Part shown: piece after piece, positions 17,999 through 27,377 of the stretch | How positions within the stretch are numbered: the stretch's first letter is position 1 | Layout: each line of letters begins with the position of its first letter | NCBI GenBank assembly: GCA_963666975.2 | Contig: CAXVYR010000004.1 | Coordinates: 256,001-320,000 of the forward strand | Length of the DNA: 64,000 nt | DNA from: Terriglobia bacterium | GTDB lineage: Bacteria > Acidobacteriota > Terriglobia > 2-12-FULL-54-10 | Reading direction: 5' to 3' | Made by a program: the position numbers and the translations under genes | Notes under the pieces: generated by a model | The model's input: only the letters and a program-made list of their open reading frames with translations | Databases searched by the model: none | What the model was told of the DNA's origin: nothing

Positions 17999-19470
17999 GC
18001 CAGAAAACGTGGATTCTGTTGCTGGAGCTGGGAGCTTTTCTCGTCTTTTTTTTCTATCTGGGATACTCCGGCTGGAAACGAAGCAGAGGAGTGGCGGGCT
18101 TTTTCATCGCCGACAGAGAGATCGGCCCGGTGGTCTCGTTCCTCACCTACAGCGCCACTCTGTTCAGCGCTTTCACACTGGTGGGCATGCCGGGGTTTTT
18201 CTACACGCATGGCATCGGCTCTTGGGCGTTTATCGGTTTCGCAGACATTTTTATGGCGGTGATAATCTTCGTTTTCGGCAGAAAATTCTGGCTGCTGGGA
18301 TGGAAGTTCAACTTTGTCACGCCCACCGAATTTCTCAAATATCGCTATAACAGCGCCGCCGTGATGGCCTTGGGCGTTCTCATCAGCGTTGTTTTCCTGC
18401 TCCCTTTTGTGGCCACGCAACTTATCGGCATCGGCAAGATCGTGGAGAGCGCCACAGGAGGAGAACTTTCCTACCTGCCGGTATCCTTCTTTTTCATGGT
18501 CATCGTGCTGGCCTACACCGGGCTGGGCGGGATGAGAGCCGTGGCCTGGAACGACGCCGTGCAGGGCGTCCTGCTTTTCGTCATGAGCTATGTCATTGCC
18601 TTCATCTTTCTTTTTGCGAACTGGAGCGGCCCCGCAGCCATGTTTCAGGCGGTCGCCCAAACCAAACCCGATTTGCTTTCGGTGCCCGGCCCCCGGGATT
18701 ATTTCACCTATTCGACTATGATCTCGTATTTCTTTCTCATTATCGCGATTCCCATCACCCAGCCACAGATGTCTTGCCGTTTTTTCATCCCGCGCTCCTT
18801 TTCATCGCTGCGCTTCATGATGATGGCCTCGCCCGTCTATGCCTTTCTGATTCTCATCCCGGCAGTGATCCTGGGGCTGGGAGCCTCCGTCGTCTTTCCC
18901 GGATTGGCCTCCGGCGACCTGGTCCTGGCCCAGGTTCTTAATACCCACACGTCCGCGGCCGTGGGCGGGCTGGTGATTTGTGGCGTCGTGGCGGCCGCCA
19001 TGTCCACGGTCAGCTCGCTCCTGCTGGTGCTGGGTTCGCTCGCCGCCAAGGACTTGTATGCAAATATGAAGTGGGGCGGGCCGAAAAGCGAAGCCACACA
19101 GGTGTGGGTCGGACGCGGAGCCGGTGTCCTGGTCGCTCTTTTGGCTTTTCTGGCGAGCGTCCGTCCACCCCCATTGATCGTGGAGCTTTCCATCGACACA
19201 TTCGGGGGAATGCTACAACTATTGCCGGTTTTTATCGGAGGCCTCTACTGGAAAAGGGCTACACGAGCCGGAGCCCTGGCCAGTATGATCGTGGGCATCA
19301 CCGTCTTCATCCTGACCAACTGGGGAGTGGACAGGCATCTGCTCGGGGGCATTCACCCCGGAGCATTGGGGCTGGTGGCCGGATCAGTCAGTTTCGTCGC
19401 AGGCAGCCTTCTGAGGGGTGCTTCGCGGGAGGAGCAAAAGAGGGCGGAAGCAATTATGGCGGTCACCTAG
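17995..19470 (+). CDS. Sodium:solute symporter (SSS, PanF/PutP-like)
   Basis: SATLFSAFTLVGMPG, YTGLGGMRAVAWND, AAAMSTVSS; about 13 TM; TTG start in a TTGA overlap. Confidence 0.92.
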   Translation: MSQKTWILLLELGAFLVFFFYLGYSGWKRSRGVAGFFIADREIGPVVSFLTYSATLFSAFTLVGMPGFFYTHGIGSWAFIGFADIFMAVIIFVFGRKFWLLGWKFNFVTPTEFLKYRYNSAAVMALGVLISVVFLLPFVATQLIGIGKIVESATGGELSYLPVSFFFMVIVLAYTGLGGMRAVAWNDAVQGVLLFVMSYVIAFIFLFANWSGPAAMFQAVAQTKPDLLSVPGPRDYFTYSTMISYFFLIIAIPITQPQMSCRFFIPRSFSSLRFMMMASPVYAFLILIPAVILGLGASVVFPGLASGDLVLAQVLNTHTSAAVGGLVICGVVAAAMSTVSSLLLVLGSLAAKDLYANMKWGGPKSEATQVWVGRGAGVLVALLAFLASVRPPPLIVELSIDTFGGMLQLLPVFIGGLYWKRATRAGALASMIVGITVFILTNWGVDRHLLGGIHPGALGLVAGSVSFVAGSLLRGASREEQKRAEAIMAVT

Positions 19471-19690
19471 ACCTGTTTCACAGTTGGGCGGTTTCAGAGT
19501 TGGTGTAAAGTGCCTTGTGGGTGAATCCATCCGAGCCGCGAGAGCCTGCCCCGAGCCTTGTCCCGAGCGAAACCGAGGGAAGAGTCGAGGGTCAGGGAGC
19601 GGCCAACCAAGCTCTGGTTGCTCACTTGGCGTTCGAGGTCCGCTTGCTTGCGCGCGGGACTCTGACTATCCACGAACTGTGAAAGCTCTA
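19468..19690. mobile_element. MITE-like element containing nested REP-like palindromes
   Basis: Imperfect terminal inverted repeats TAGACCTGTTTCACAGTT / AACTGTGAAAGCTCTA; internal GAGCCGCGAG..GGAGCGG and CCGCTTGCTTGCGCGCGG units. Confidence 0.55.
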
Positions 19691-19837
19691 TAAAGCACGC
19701 TTTGGTTCACAGCATTTCGGCACGTCTAAATAAAGGCGTGCCCTGACGGGATACGCAATTCGTAAGAACAGTCTACACCTGCTGTGAAAATGGCCTAGAC
19801 ATCCTGGCCTCGGCTCCCACGATGGAAACGACATGCC

Positions 19838-20224
19838 TCAGGGTTCGCGCAAGAGCGCTCCGCTGGCCTTTAACAACGCCATATCGGCAGGACACGGCCC
19901 TCCCACGCTCTCGATCCTGCTTCCCCGGTCTGCGCTTACGGCGTGACGGAGCCCGGCGGGCACGTGGATCACCTGGCCCGCCTCGAACTCGATCCGCACC
20001 CCACTGGTGAGATCCTCGACCGTTCCCTTCCCGTCGAGAACGAAGATCGTGTCTTCGGAGTCGGCATGCACGTGAGGAACGTTCTTCTCTCCCGGCTGCA
20101 TGTCCACATAATTCATGTTCGCAGTGTGTGCGCCAACCCCAGGCCAGACGACGAGACGCGCATCGCGCGCGATTATGGGTAGCATTCGGTCCGGCTGGTC
20201 GCGGTGGAATACCCGGATCGACAT
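19838..20224 (-). CDS. Cupin domain protein with intact metal site
   Basis: PHVHADSED...GLRH; start overlaps the upstream stop. Confidence 0.85.
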   Translation of the reverse strand: MSIRVFHRDQPDRMLPIIARDARLVVWPGVGAHTANMNYVDMQPGEKNVPHVHADSEDTIFVLDGKGTVEDLTSGVRIEFEAGQVIHVPAGLRHAVSADRGSRIESVGGPCPADMALLKASGALLREP

Positions 20225-20583
20225 TAGTCCGCCTCCCGCTCGAGAATTTCCAAACCGCGTCCATCGGTCCGGGCGGGGGAGACGATGCTCAGAACCTCTG
20301 CCCCTTCCGGTCCGGCCACCGCCTGATGGGGGATGTCGGATGGAATCACGATCAGATCGCCGGCGGCCAGCGGGTGAGGCTCTCCGCCGACCACGAACGT
20401 CAGCCGGCCGCCGAGAAGATAGGTGATCTGCTCCTGGTCATGCACATGGTCGGGGAAGCGGCCGCCAGGGGCGAAGCTGTAGCGCGTCACCGTCATACGG
20501 GTCCCGTCTACCACCTTCTTGCGAAGCTGCGGATCCACCTGCTCCCATTCCATCGCGGATAAAAAGTGGGAAGTTGCGCTCAT
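20224..20583 (-). CDS. Cupin_2 domain protein
   Basis: PDHVHDQEQ...IPSDIPH, SPAR; TAATG coupling. Confidence 0.88.
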   Translation of the reverse strand: MSATSHFLSAMEWEQVDPQLRKKVVDGTRMTVTRYSFAPGGRFPDHVHDQEQITYLLGGRLTFVVGGEPHPLAAGDLIVIPSDIPHQAVAGPEGAEVLSIVSPARTDGRGLEILEREAD

Positions 20584-20966
20584 TAGCCCTCCGTATGTGC
20601 GTACATTGCCGGATCCGGCGGACAAGGTCCTCCGACGATCTCAACTCCGTTATTACCAGCGATGAAGACATACGAGGTTCCCGAATCGACATGCACCATG
20701 GAACCCCTCACCAATTCCTGGTGTGAGTCGTTGCTAGGATCCACGACCACAGCCGTACCATCGATCACGTAGTAAACCGCTTCCATGGGATGGCGCAACT
20801 CAACGGTTCGGGCACGACATGCGAGCGAGATACGGTGCAGCGAGCGGCTTTGGGCACCTACCCCAGGCCATACCACCGCCCAAGCGGTTCCTTCACCCTC
20901 GACGATCGGCAGGATCGGACATCTTTTGCGCGCATCGAACACGCGGACCGGGTGTTGTTCCGGCAT
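20583..20966 (-). CDS. Cupin domain protein with degenerate metal site
   Basis: LRHPMEAVYY..GTSY; shares VVWPGVGA and GGPCPxD with 19838-20224. Confidence 0.75.
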   Translation of the reverse strand: MPEQHPVRVFDARKRCPILPIVEGEGTAWAVVWPGVGAQSRSLHRISLACRARTVELRHPMEAVYYVIDGTAVVVDPSNDSHQELVRGSMVHVDSGTSYVFIAGNNGVEIVGGPCPPDPAMYAHTEG

Positions 20967-21010
20967 TACAGACTCCAGGCGGCGTTTTCGCCGCCTTGTG
21001 GAACAGGTCT

Positions 21011-21838
21011 TCAGGAAAGCCGCCCGATCTCCTCCACCGAGAGGTCCCCCACGTCGAAGAAGGCGATGATCCGGCACGGACAGGCTTCGCCGCCTTCAAA
21101 TTTCCAGGGAAACGCGCCTATAATGCAGCGCTGATTTAGCACCTTGGCTATATCGCCACCTACATTTTCAGCGTGGACGCAGCCGCTCGGAAACAGCAAG
21201 TAGTGCATTGGGAAAAGGTCTTCTTTCACGAGGCGACCACTCTGGGGATGCTTGTACTCGTACTCCCCGAAGTATTTCTCGACTGGCATTCCCACCCTCT
21301 CCTCAAACCGCTTGGTGAGATCGGGCCGCATGGTGCGAATGGTCGTATTCATCGGATGATCCGCGGAACCGGTGTCCACTCCCCACCAGGAGATTTCCAT
21401 GTCCAGCATCCACGAGGCCATCTCATTGGTAGCCCCCGGATGCATGCAGAAGTATCGTGTAAGGTCCTTCTCGGGCATGCCTTCGTAGTACTGGTGGTAT
21501 CCGGTGTGGATAATCAGGATATCGCCCTTCTTCACCTTGACTTTGTCGGTGATGTGTTTGGGCTTGATGATGTCCCAATCGCCGACACCATCCGACACAT
21601 CCACAATCACGCCCTCATGCACCAGCTTCGTCAACGGCAAGGAGGCGACGTCGCCGATGGCATCGGCCGCATGCATCGGCGCGTCAATGTGCGTTCCCAC
21701 ATGCAGTGAAGTCTCGATTCGCTGGGAGACAATACGGTTCGTCTGCAACGTTTGCGTGTAATAGATTTTCGAACCGGGATAGCCGATCCACCCCGGGGTG
21801 TGCACGTTCCATGGATGCGAGAGATCAACAAGCTTCAT
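21011..21838 (-). CDS. Cyclase family metal-dependent hydrolase (kynurenine formamidase/isatin hydrolase-like)
   Basis: DLSHP, HVGTHIDAPMH (HxGTHxDxPxH), GVDTGSADHP, HAEN, GGEACPCR. Confidence 0.92.
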   Translation of the reverse strand: MKLVDLSHPWNVHTPGWIGYPGSKIYYTQTLQTNRIVSQRIETSLHVGTHIDAPMHAADAIGDVASLPLTKLVHEGVIVDVSDGVGDWDIIKPKHITDKVKVKKGDILIIHTGYHQYYEGMPEKDLTRYFCMHPGATNEMASWMLDMEISWWGVDTGSADHPMNTTIRTMRPDLTKRFEERVGMPVEKYFGEYEYKHPQSGRLVKEDLFPMHYLLFPSGCVHAENVGGDIAKVLNQRCIIGAFPWKFEGGEACPCRIIAFFDVGDLSVEEIGRLS

Positions 21839-21958
21839 TCATTTTCCTCCCAAGCTCGGCGCCATGCGCCCCTAATACTCTCACTCTTATGAAACCGTGG
21901 TGCAAGCCCTTTCCGGGGATGAGGCCATAGTGTCTTCGCTCCATTAATCCCGGTTGTT

Positions 21959-23866
21959 TCAGTAGCTTCGGGCCTTGAACACGATCTTTCCGCCCACCGC
22001 TGTCAGCAAGTTCTGGATGGTGTGGATTTGGTCCTCGGGAATAGTGAAATAGTCTTTGCTGATAACGATAAAGTCCGCCAGCTTCCCCATCTCCAGCGAG
22101 CCGATGTGTTTCTCCCGCAGCACCTGCTCGGCTCCCCAAATAGTGGCCGCCTTCATCAGGGTTACCCGATCCATTGCCTCATTTCGGTTATAGGTGATCC
22201 CGTCACTGGGCATCCGGCGAGTCACAAAAAATTCGATAAAACCCCAAATGTTGCCATCCCACTGAGAAGGGTAGTCCATATCCTTGGACTCGATCGGGAC
22301 CTTGTTCAGGTGCGCATCGGAGTTGAACACGACATGTACACCGGCGTCTGCCAGGCTTTTCATGGGGACCATCCAGCTCATGTACTGCTCGCCATGGTCT
22401 TCGAGAAAAAGCCTACCCTGGTCGTTCTTCTGTATCTGGTAACCGTTAAAAGCCGGCATAATTCCATACTTGGCTATCTTCGCGATCTGGTCGGGGCGAA
22501 CGAATGGATTGTGCTCCGTACCGATCTTGAGGGCTCGTACTTGCTCGAGAGTCATCTTGCCCTCGGCTATCGCCTGTTCAATCATGTGAAATAAAGCATC
22601 GTAGGTGCCGTCAATATAGGTGTGCAGGTTTGTGATTCGCAGCCCGGACTCCAGCGCCGCCCGCACGTTGCGGTAGCCGGCAAACTCCTCGTAGTCCGTT
22701 CTGTCGGAAGCAGACGGAAAAACGGCGCTCGGATTATCGGGAGCGCGCGGCTTGGCGCGTGTACCAAAACCCCAGATGGCGGGTTCCCAAGCTTCGTTGG
22801 AAACTCCGGCGTTCCAGATGTAATCGTTCCCGATTCCCTGGAAGTCTCCCAGATTGCGGTAAAAGAACTGGAGATCACCCTTGTCGCGCGTTTCATACTC
22901 CTCATTGCCCCAAAGGGTGCCCAGGAACCAGGCCCATCGGACAGGCATCTCGCCCCGCTGGTAGAGCAGATTAAATATCTTCATCGTGGTGGGGGAGCCG
23001 TAGTAATGGTTGCCAAAGGTAGTGACGCCCGCTGCCGCCACACATTCGAGCAGCTCCCGCCGGAGGAAGTCCGCCGCCTCCTCCGTGCGCCCCCGGAAGA
23101 GAATGTCATACAGCACCGCAGTGCGGGCCGGTAACCCCCCGGCTTCCCAGCCCAGGAGCTTTACCATTTGCTCCACGGCTCTGGTGTTGTTGATGTTGGG
23201 CCCGAGGGCATCGCTCCCGAACGTCATGAGGGGATTGTCGGGCGCCAGCGTATCCAAATACTCCCTGGTAATCGGCGCACTGGGTCCGCCGGGTTGCTGA
23301 AAGAGAGGGAAGACAATCTCTCTTGATTCCGGGATGCTGTTTTTGGCAAACAGGCTGACCCAAATCCACTTGCCCGGGCCTAACTCTTGTGCTCTCTGCC
23401 GAACCACCCGTTCCAAGGACCTTAACAGTTCCGCCCCGTCATTCCCCTTGGCGTAGACGATCCTCAGTTGGGGATCGTTGTACTTCTTGGAGGTAAACTC
23501 CCCTTCCGCACCCAGCCAATGCTCGGCGGCCCATAGCGGCGGATGGGTGTGGCCATCAATCAGGCCCGGCAGCACCCGGCGCCCCTTCGCGTCCAGCACC
23601 TCGGTGTTCGGACCGGCCAGAAACCGAATTTCGTCATTCGTTCCCAGCGCGAGGATCCGGTTGTTCCTCACCGCCATGGCTTCCACCTCGGTCAGCCGTT
23701 CATCCATGGTGGAAATCTTGCCGTTGACGACAATCAAGTCTGGATAAGCTTTCAGGAGTTCCAGTTTCCTGGCCAAATCATTCGCGTTTTGCCCAGAAGC
23801 ACTAGCCTGCAGGAAAAGAGCAAGTAGGATTACTAACCCCAGCAGACCAAAGTGTCTCACCCTCAT
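21959..23866 (-). CDS. Secreted amidohydrolase_3, paralog 3
   Basis: Signal ...LQASASG; PGLIDGHTH, HTYID, TEHN, NSDAH, GSLEMGKLADF; close paralog of 8920-10869. Confidence 0.9.
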   Translation of the reverse strand: MRVRHFGLLGLVILLALFLQASASGQNANDLARKLELLKAYPDLIVVNGKISTMDERLTEVEAMAVRNNRILALGTNDEIRFLAGPNTEVLDAKGRRVLPGLIDGHTHPPLWAAEHWLGAEGEFTSKKYNDPQLRIVYAKGNDGAELLRSLERVVRQRAQELGPGKWIWVSLFAKNSIPESREIVFPLFQQPGGPSAPITREYLDTLAPDNPLMTFGSDALGPNINNTRAVEQMVKLLGWEAGGLPARTAVLYDILFRGRTEEAADFLRRELLECVAAAGVTTFGNHYYGSPTTMKIFNLLYQRGEMPVRWAWFLGTLWGNEEYETRDKGDLQFFYRNLGDFQGIGNDYIWNAGVSNEAWEPAIWGFGTRAKPRAPDNPSAVFPSASDRTDYEEFAGYRNVRAALESGLRITNLHTYIDGTYDALFHMIEQAIAEGKMTLEQVRALKIGTEHNPFVRPDQIAKIAKYGIMPAFNGYQIQKNDQGRLFLEDHGEQYMSWMVPMKSLADAGVHVVFNSDAHLNKVPIESKDMDYPSQWDGNIWGFIEFFVTRRMPSDGITYNRNEAMDRVTLMKAATIWGAEQVLREKHIGSLEMGKLADFIVISKDYFTIPEDQIHTIQNLLTAVGGKIVFKARSY

Positions 23867-23883
23867 CGTTTTCCCCCGTTAAA

Positions 23884-24581
23884 CCGGAATTTCCGTTTTG
23901 ACTTTCCCTCTCGCCCAAAAGCATACGCCAGCCGTCCTATCTACTCAATCTCGGATTGTCATGGCCTTTTGGGTGGCATTGTAGCTCGTATTGGCCGTTC
24001 TGCGCAGTCGCTGTGCGGGGTTTTCCAGCCCCAACCGCCCTTGCCGCTGACACTTCCCCGCTGGATGGCTTCCGAGCGCTCACTTGCCTTCTGTCCTGGT
24101 TCATTAGCCGTCCGGCAGCGGCAATGCTGCGATCATCCTCAGCATACTCGCAAACGGTCTCCGACTCAAATGCCCCTCGGCGAGCAAAAGCCAATAATAC
24201 CGTGCGTGGTGCCTGACCAGCCGACCTCCGTCTTCACCAACCGCTGCTGCAAGCTCGTCAACGACCATTTCCTGATTCTTTGCGGCGATTTCGGTCTCCC
24301 CGCTCAATCGAACGATCCCTGCCGCTTGCAACGCATTCGTCAACCTTCCTCGGTAGCAGCCGGTAGCACTCCGTGGCAGACGGGAGTCCACACACCAGGA
24401 CTTGCGCGGTTGGCTCGGATGGCCGTGGGGTTTCAGCAAAAAACAGCTGAGCCGATGGGTTCTTAGGAGCTAAGAGAACCGCTCGGAGCGTACGGAGAGA
24501 AAAAAACTGTCCTGGAAGGGCTCATCTGGAGGCTCCTGGGTTATACTCGCAACCGTCGGAGGGCTAAAAAATTAATTCCGG
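23884..24581 (-). mobile_element. Internally deleted IS1380-family element
   Basis: Ends CCGGAATTT / CCGGAATTA inverted; flanks TTAAA/GTAAA (degenerate 5-bp TSD); frameshifted transposase tail KWSLTSLQQRLVKT-GRLVRHARYYWLLLAEGHL at about 24104-24290. Confidence 0.8.
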
Positions 24582-24625
24582 GTAAACTCTCTTACTGGCA
24601 CTGGCACAAAAAATCGGTCCGGTCA
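24582..24625 (-). promoter_or_regulatory. Conserved upstream motif, copy 2
   Basis: GTAAACTCTCTTACTGGCACTGGCACAAAAAATCGGTCCGGTC on +; adjoins the amidohydrolase 3 RBS once the IS is removed. Confidence 0.5.
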
Positions 24626-24939
24626 GACGGGGAAGCATCGGCGCAATCGCTGGGAAAAAGGGTAGTTCCAGATGTTCCCGTACCTGGAAGAGGCAGGACT
24701 GACTGCCTCTGGGGCAGTGAAGGCATGCATGATGAAAAATTCTGTTGCAACGAAAGCAGTTGGGCGTATAACTTTTCGTGGCGGAATCCAAAATGGAAAT
24801 CCTCGATGCATAGAACAAAAAAACCCGCTTATTTTTCCTATGCTCAGGGAACGGGGTGGCAGGTCTTCGCCTCGAGAATCCTCTCAGGATCGGGAAGGGC
24901 TTTCACAGTCAGGTAACCTGATAATCTGGAGGGCACACC

Positions 24940-26574
24940 ATGAAAAGAGTGATCTGGTTGAGATTCGGGCTTGGGTTCCTGTTCGCACTTACCCTTCCTG
25001 CGGCTTGCCAGAGAGTCGCCGACGGCCCTGTCGAAGATGCCGTGAACATAAAATACGTAGGCAGCGCCACCACCAGCGACGGCCAAGTCGATCTGGGGGC
25101 CTATTCGAAGCTCGCCCCGTGGCCCGATACCGACGGCCGCTACCTGTACTCCGGCTGTTACGACCCCGGTCCGCTTGTTGCTGAAATCCCCGGGGAAGAT
25201 CGCTGCTTCATGACGGTCGATCTGGAGGATCCCGAGAAGCCGGTGCGTCTGGCCACGGTGTACGGGTTCGAACGAGTCGCCTCACCGTCGCCCCCGGCGG
25301 GACATATTGTGTGGTCCTCGACATACGTGTTCCCGAACCTGCCCGTCCAGGTCCCGTGCAACGTCAACTGGGACGATCCGGGGATCGCGGCTGGAACCAC
25401 TAAACCTGCGTGCTGGGACCCCGGCTGGAACACGCACAGCCATTACGTGGCACAGGCCCCTGGGAAGATCCTCGCGGTCAATCAGGAGCGGTACCGCAGC
25501 GGCACGGACCGGCAGGCGAGTTACCACGGCGTCAAGTTTTACGACATCTCCAACCCCGCGAAGCCCGTGTTCCACTCCTACTGGGAATCGCCCGCGTCCG
25601 ACCCCGATCCCGAAACCGGGGTATGGCCCGACGCCGTCGGGACGCACCACTTCAACTTTCAAGACCGGCATCTCTACCTCGGGACGACGTATGAGGGGTA
25701 CATAGCGAGGATCCTCGTGATCCTCGACGTGACGGATTCCCGGAACCCTGTCGAAGCCGGGAAGTGGTGGGTCAAGGGGCAGAAGACCCCGGAGGAGGAT
25801 GCGGTCCGCGACTGGGTCCCGCAGTCCAACGACAGCGCCCTGCGTAGCCCTATCGTCGATCAAGGCGGGAAGTGGACGAAGCATGTGGGGATGCACTATG
25901 TCTCGATCTATGAAAACCGCGCCTACCTCTCGTACCATCAAGCCGGGCTGGTCATCCTGGACGTCAGCGACAACAGCAACCCCCAACTCATCTCGCGGCT
26001 CGACTACCTGGTTCCAAGCTTCGACCCAGAAACCCCGGATCGGGATGCCTGCAGCAAGGCCGCAGGTGGGAAATCCGCGGCGTGCGGCAATACGCACTCC
26101 GCCAAGCTCGTGCCTGGCAACAACAACCTGCTCTGGGTCACCGACGAGTACTTCAGCTGTCCCTATGGCCACCTGCGTATGGTGGACATCAGCGACGAGA
26201 CGAAGCCCGAGATCATCTCACACTTCCTGTACCCCGAGAACATCGCCTGTGACCCCAACAACCCTAGCCAGACGGCCGATCCGACACGATTCCCAAGGCG
26301 GGGCCCCTCGTCACACATCGGCAATACCTGGGGTGACAGCCTCCTCTTCCTGGCGTGGTACGGCATGGGAGTGCGGGTGATCGACATCGCGGATCCGACG
26401 CATCCGACGGAGGCGGCACACTACATGTATGACATCGACCAAAACACCCCAGCCTATGCCGGTTCCATGACCTACGATGTCATCTTCGGGCGCGGAGGCT
26501 ACCTTTACGTGTCGGATGGCACGAGCGGCCTACGGGTGCTGAAATACACGGGTCGAGGGGATCCTGCTGAGTAG
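24940..26574 (+). CDS. Exported LVIVD-repeat beta-propeller protein (possible lipoprotein)
   Basis: GGAGGG RBS; signal ending PAAC; repeats YDISNPAKP, LVILDVTDSRNP, GLVILDVSDNSNP, MVDISDETKP, GVRVIDIADPTHP. Confidence 0.85.
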   Translation: MKRVIWLRFGLGFLFALTLPAACQRVADGPVEDAVNIKYVGSATTSDGQVDLGAYSKLAPWPDTDGRYLYSGCYDPGPLVAEIPGEDRCFMTVDLEDPEKPVRLATVYGFERVASPSPPAGHIVWSSTYVFPNLPVQVPCNVNWDDPGIAAGTTKPACWDPGWNTHSHYVAQAPGKILAVNQERYRSGTDRQASYHGVKFYDISNPAKPVFHSYWESPASDPDPETGVWPDAVGTHHFNFQDRHLYLGTTYEGYIARILVILDVTDSRNPVEAGKWWVKGQKTPEEDAVRDWVPQSNDSALRSPIVDQGGKWTKHVGMHYVSIYENRAYLSYHQAGLVILDVSDNSNPQLISRLDYLVPSFDPETPDRDACSKAAGGKSAACGNTHSAKLVPGNNNLLWVTDEYFSCPYGHLRMVDISDETKPEIISHFLYPENIACDPNNPSQTADPTRFPRRGPSSHIGNTWGDSLLFLAWYGMGVRVIDIADPTHPTEAAHYMYDIDQNTPAYAGSMTYDVIFGRGGYLYVSDGTSGLRVLKYTGRGDPAE

Positions 26575-27080
26575 GATGGCCATCTGCGGGGTGTGTCAGG
26601 AAACCGATCCTTGCTTCCACCTTGTATTCAATGCATTTATCCAATAGCACTGCTGTCCGGTTAAAAGTCGAACAGAATCAAGTGGTTGTGATCTGCGACT
26701 AAATTGTCCTGGCAGTTTGATGCTTCCAACACCTGTAAAATGGGCACTTTTTCAAAAAGCGTCACACTGAGAATCTGTATTGAAACGAAGGACTGACCGT
26801 AGAACTACGAAATTCTCTCCACCCATTACCACTGTCCGAGTACTGTCCGAAAACTCCTGCCGAAAGGATCCAACTCAGGCCAAAAGCGTTAGCGGAGAGC
26901 CACCTGACTCGCCGGCTGTTTGCTAGCATGCTGGGGCGGATAGATGGACTACCGCTTCCGTCGGGATAGCCGAGGCTGCGGCACCCAAGAAAACGATTCC
27001 GCTATCCTCCCAGGGATGGAGCGTTGTCTGAAAAAGCTGGTTTGGGTGCCGTGCCTACGGATTATTAGGACTCGGAAAAA

Positions 27081-27231
27081 GGTGGCTGGGAGCCGGTATG
27101 TGGCGGAGGACGCGTTGGAGTCCATCCAAACGGACTATGAGCCCCTTCCGGCGGTCGTGGATGCGCGGAGCGCGGTGAAGACAGATGCCGTGCGGATTCA
27201 CGAGGAGACCCAAGGCAATCTGGCCGGCAGC
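27081..27231 (+). pseudogene. Inverted internal fragment of a third Mo-hydroxylase large-subunit gene
   Basis: VAGSRYVAEDALESIQTDYEPLPAVVDARSAVKTDAVRIHEETQGNLAGS is near identical to both copies. Confidence 0.9.
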
Positions 27232-27328
27232 AGATACGCTTGCTCTGGGTTGTAGATCAAGAATTTCATCGCTCCTCCTTGAGGCGCATTATACAAGGTT
27301 CGCCAATAAAGGTTTCCACACAGACTCT
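27222..27328 (-). mobile_element. IS1182-like left-end remnant
   Basis: End GAGTCTGTGTGGAAA; AAGGAGG RBS; ATG at 27269 gives MKFLIYNPEQAYLLP, resembling IS1182 transposase N-termini. Confidence 0.6.
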
Positions 27329-27377
27329 ATAGCCCTTTCCCGCCAATGAAACCAGTTTCACAACCCCAGGCTGTGAT

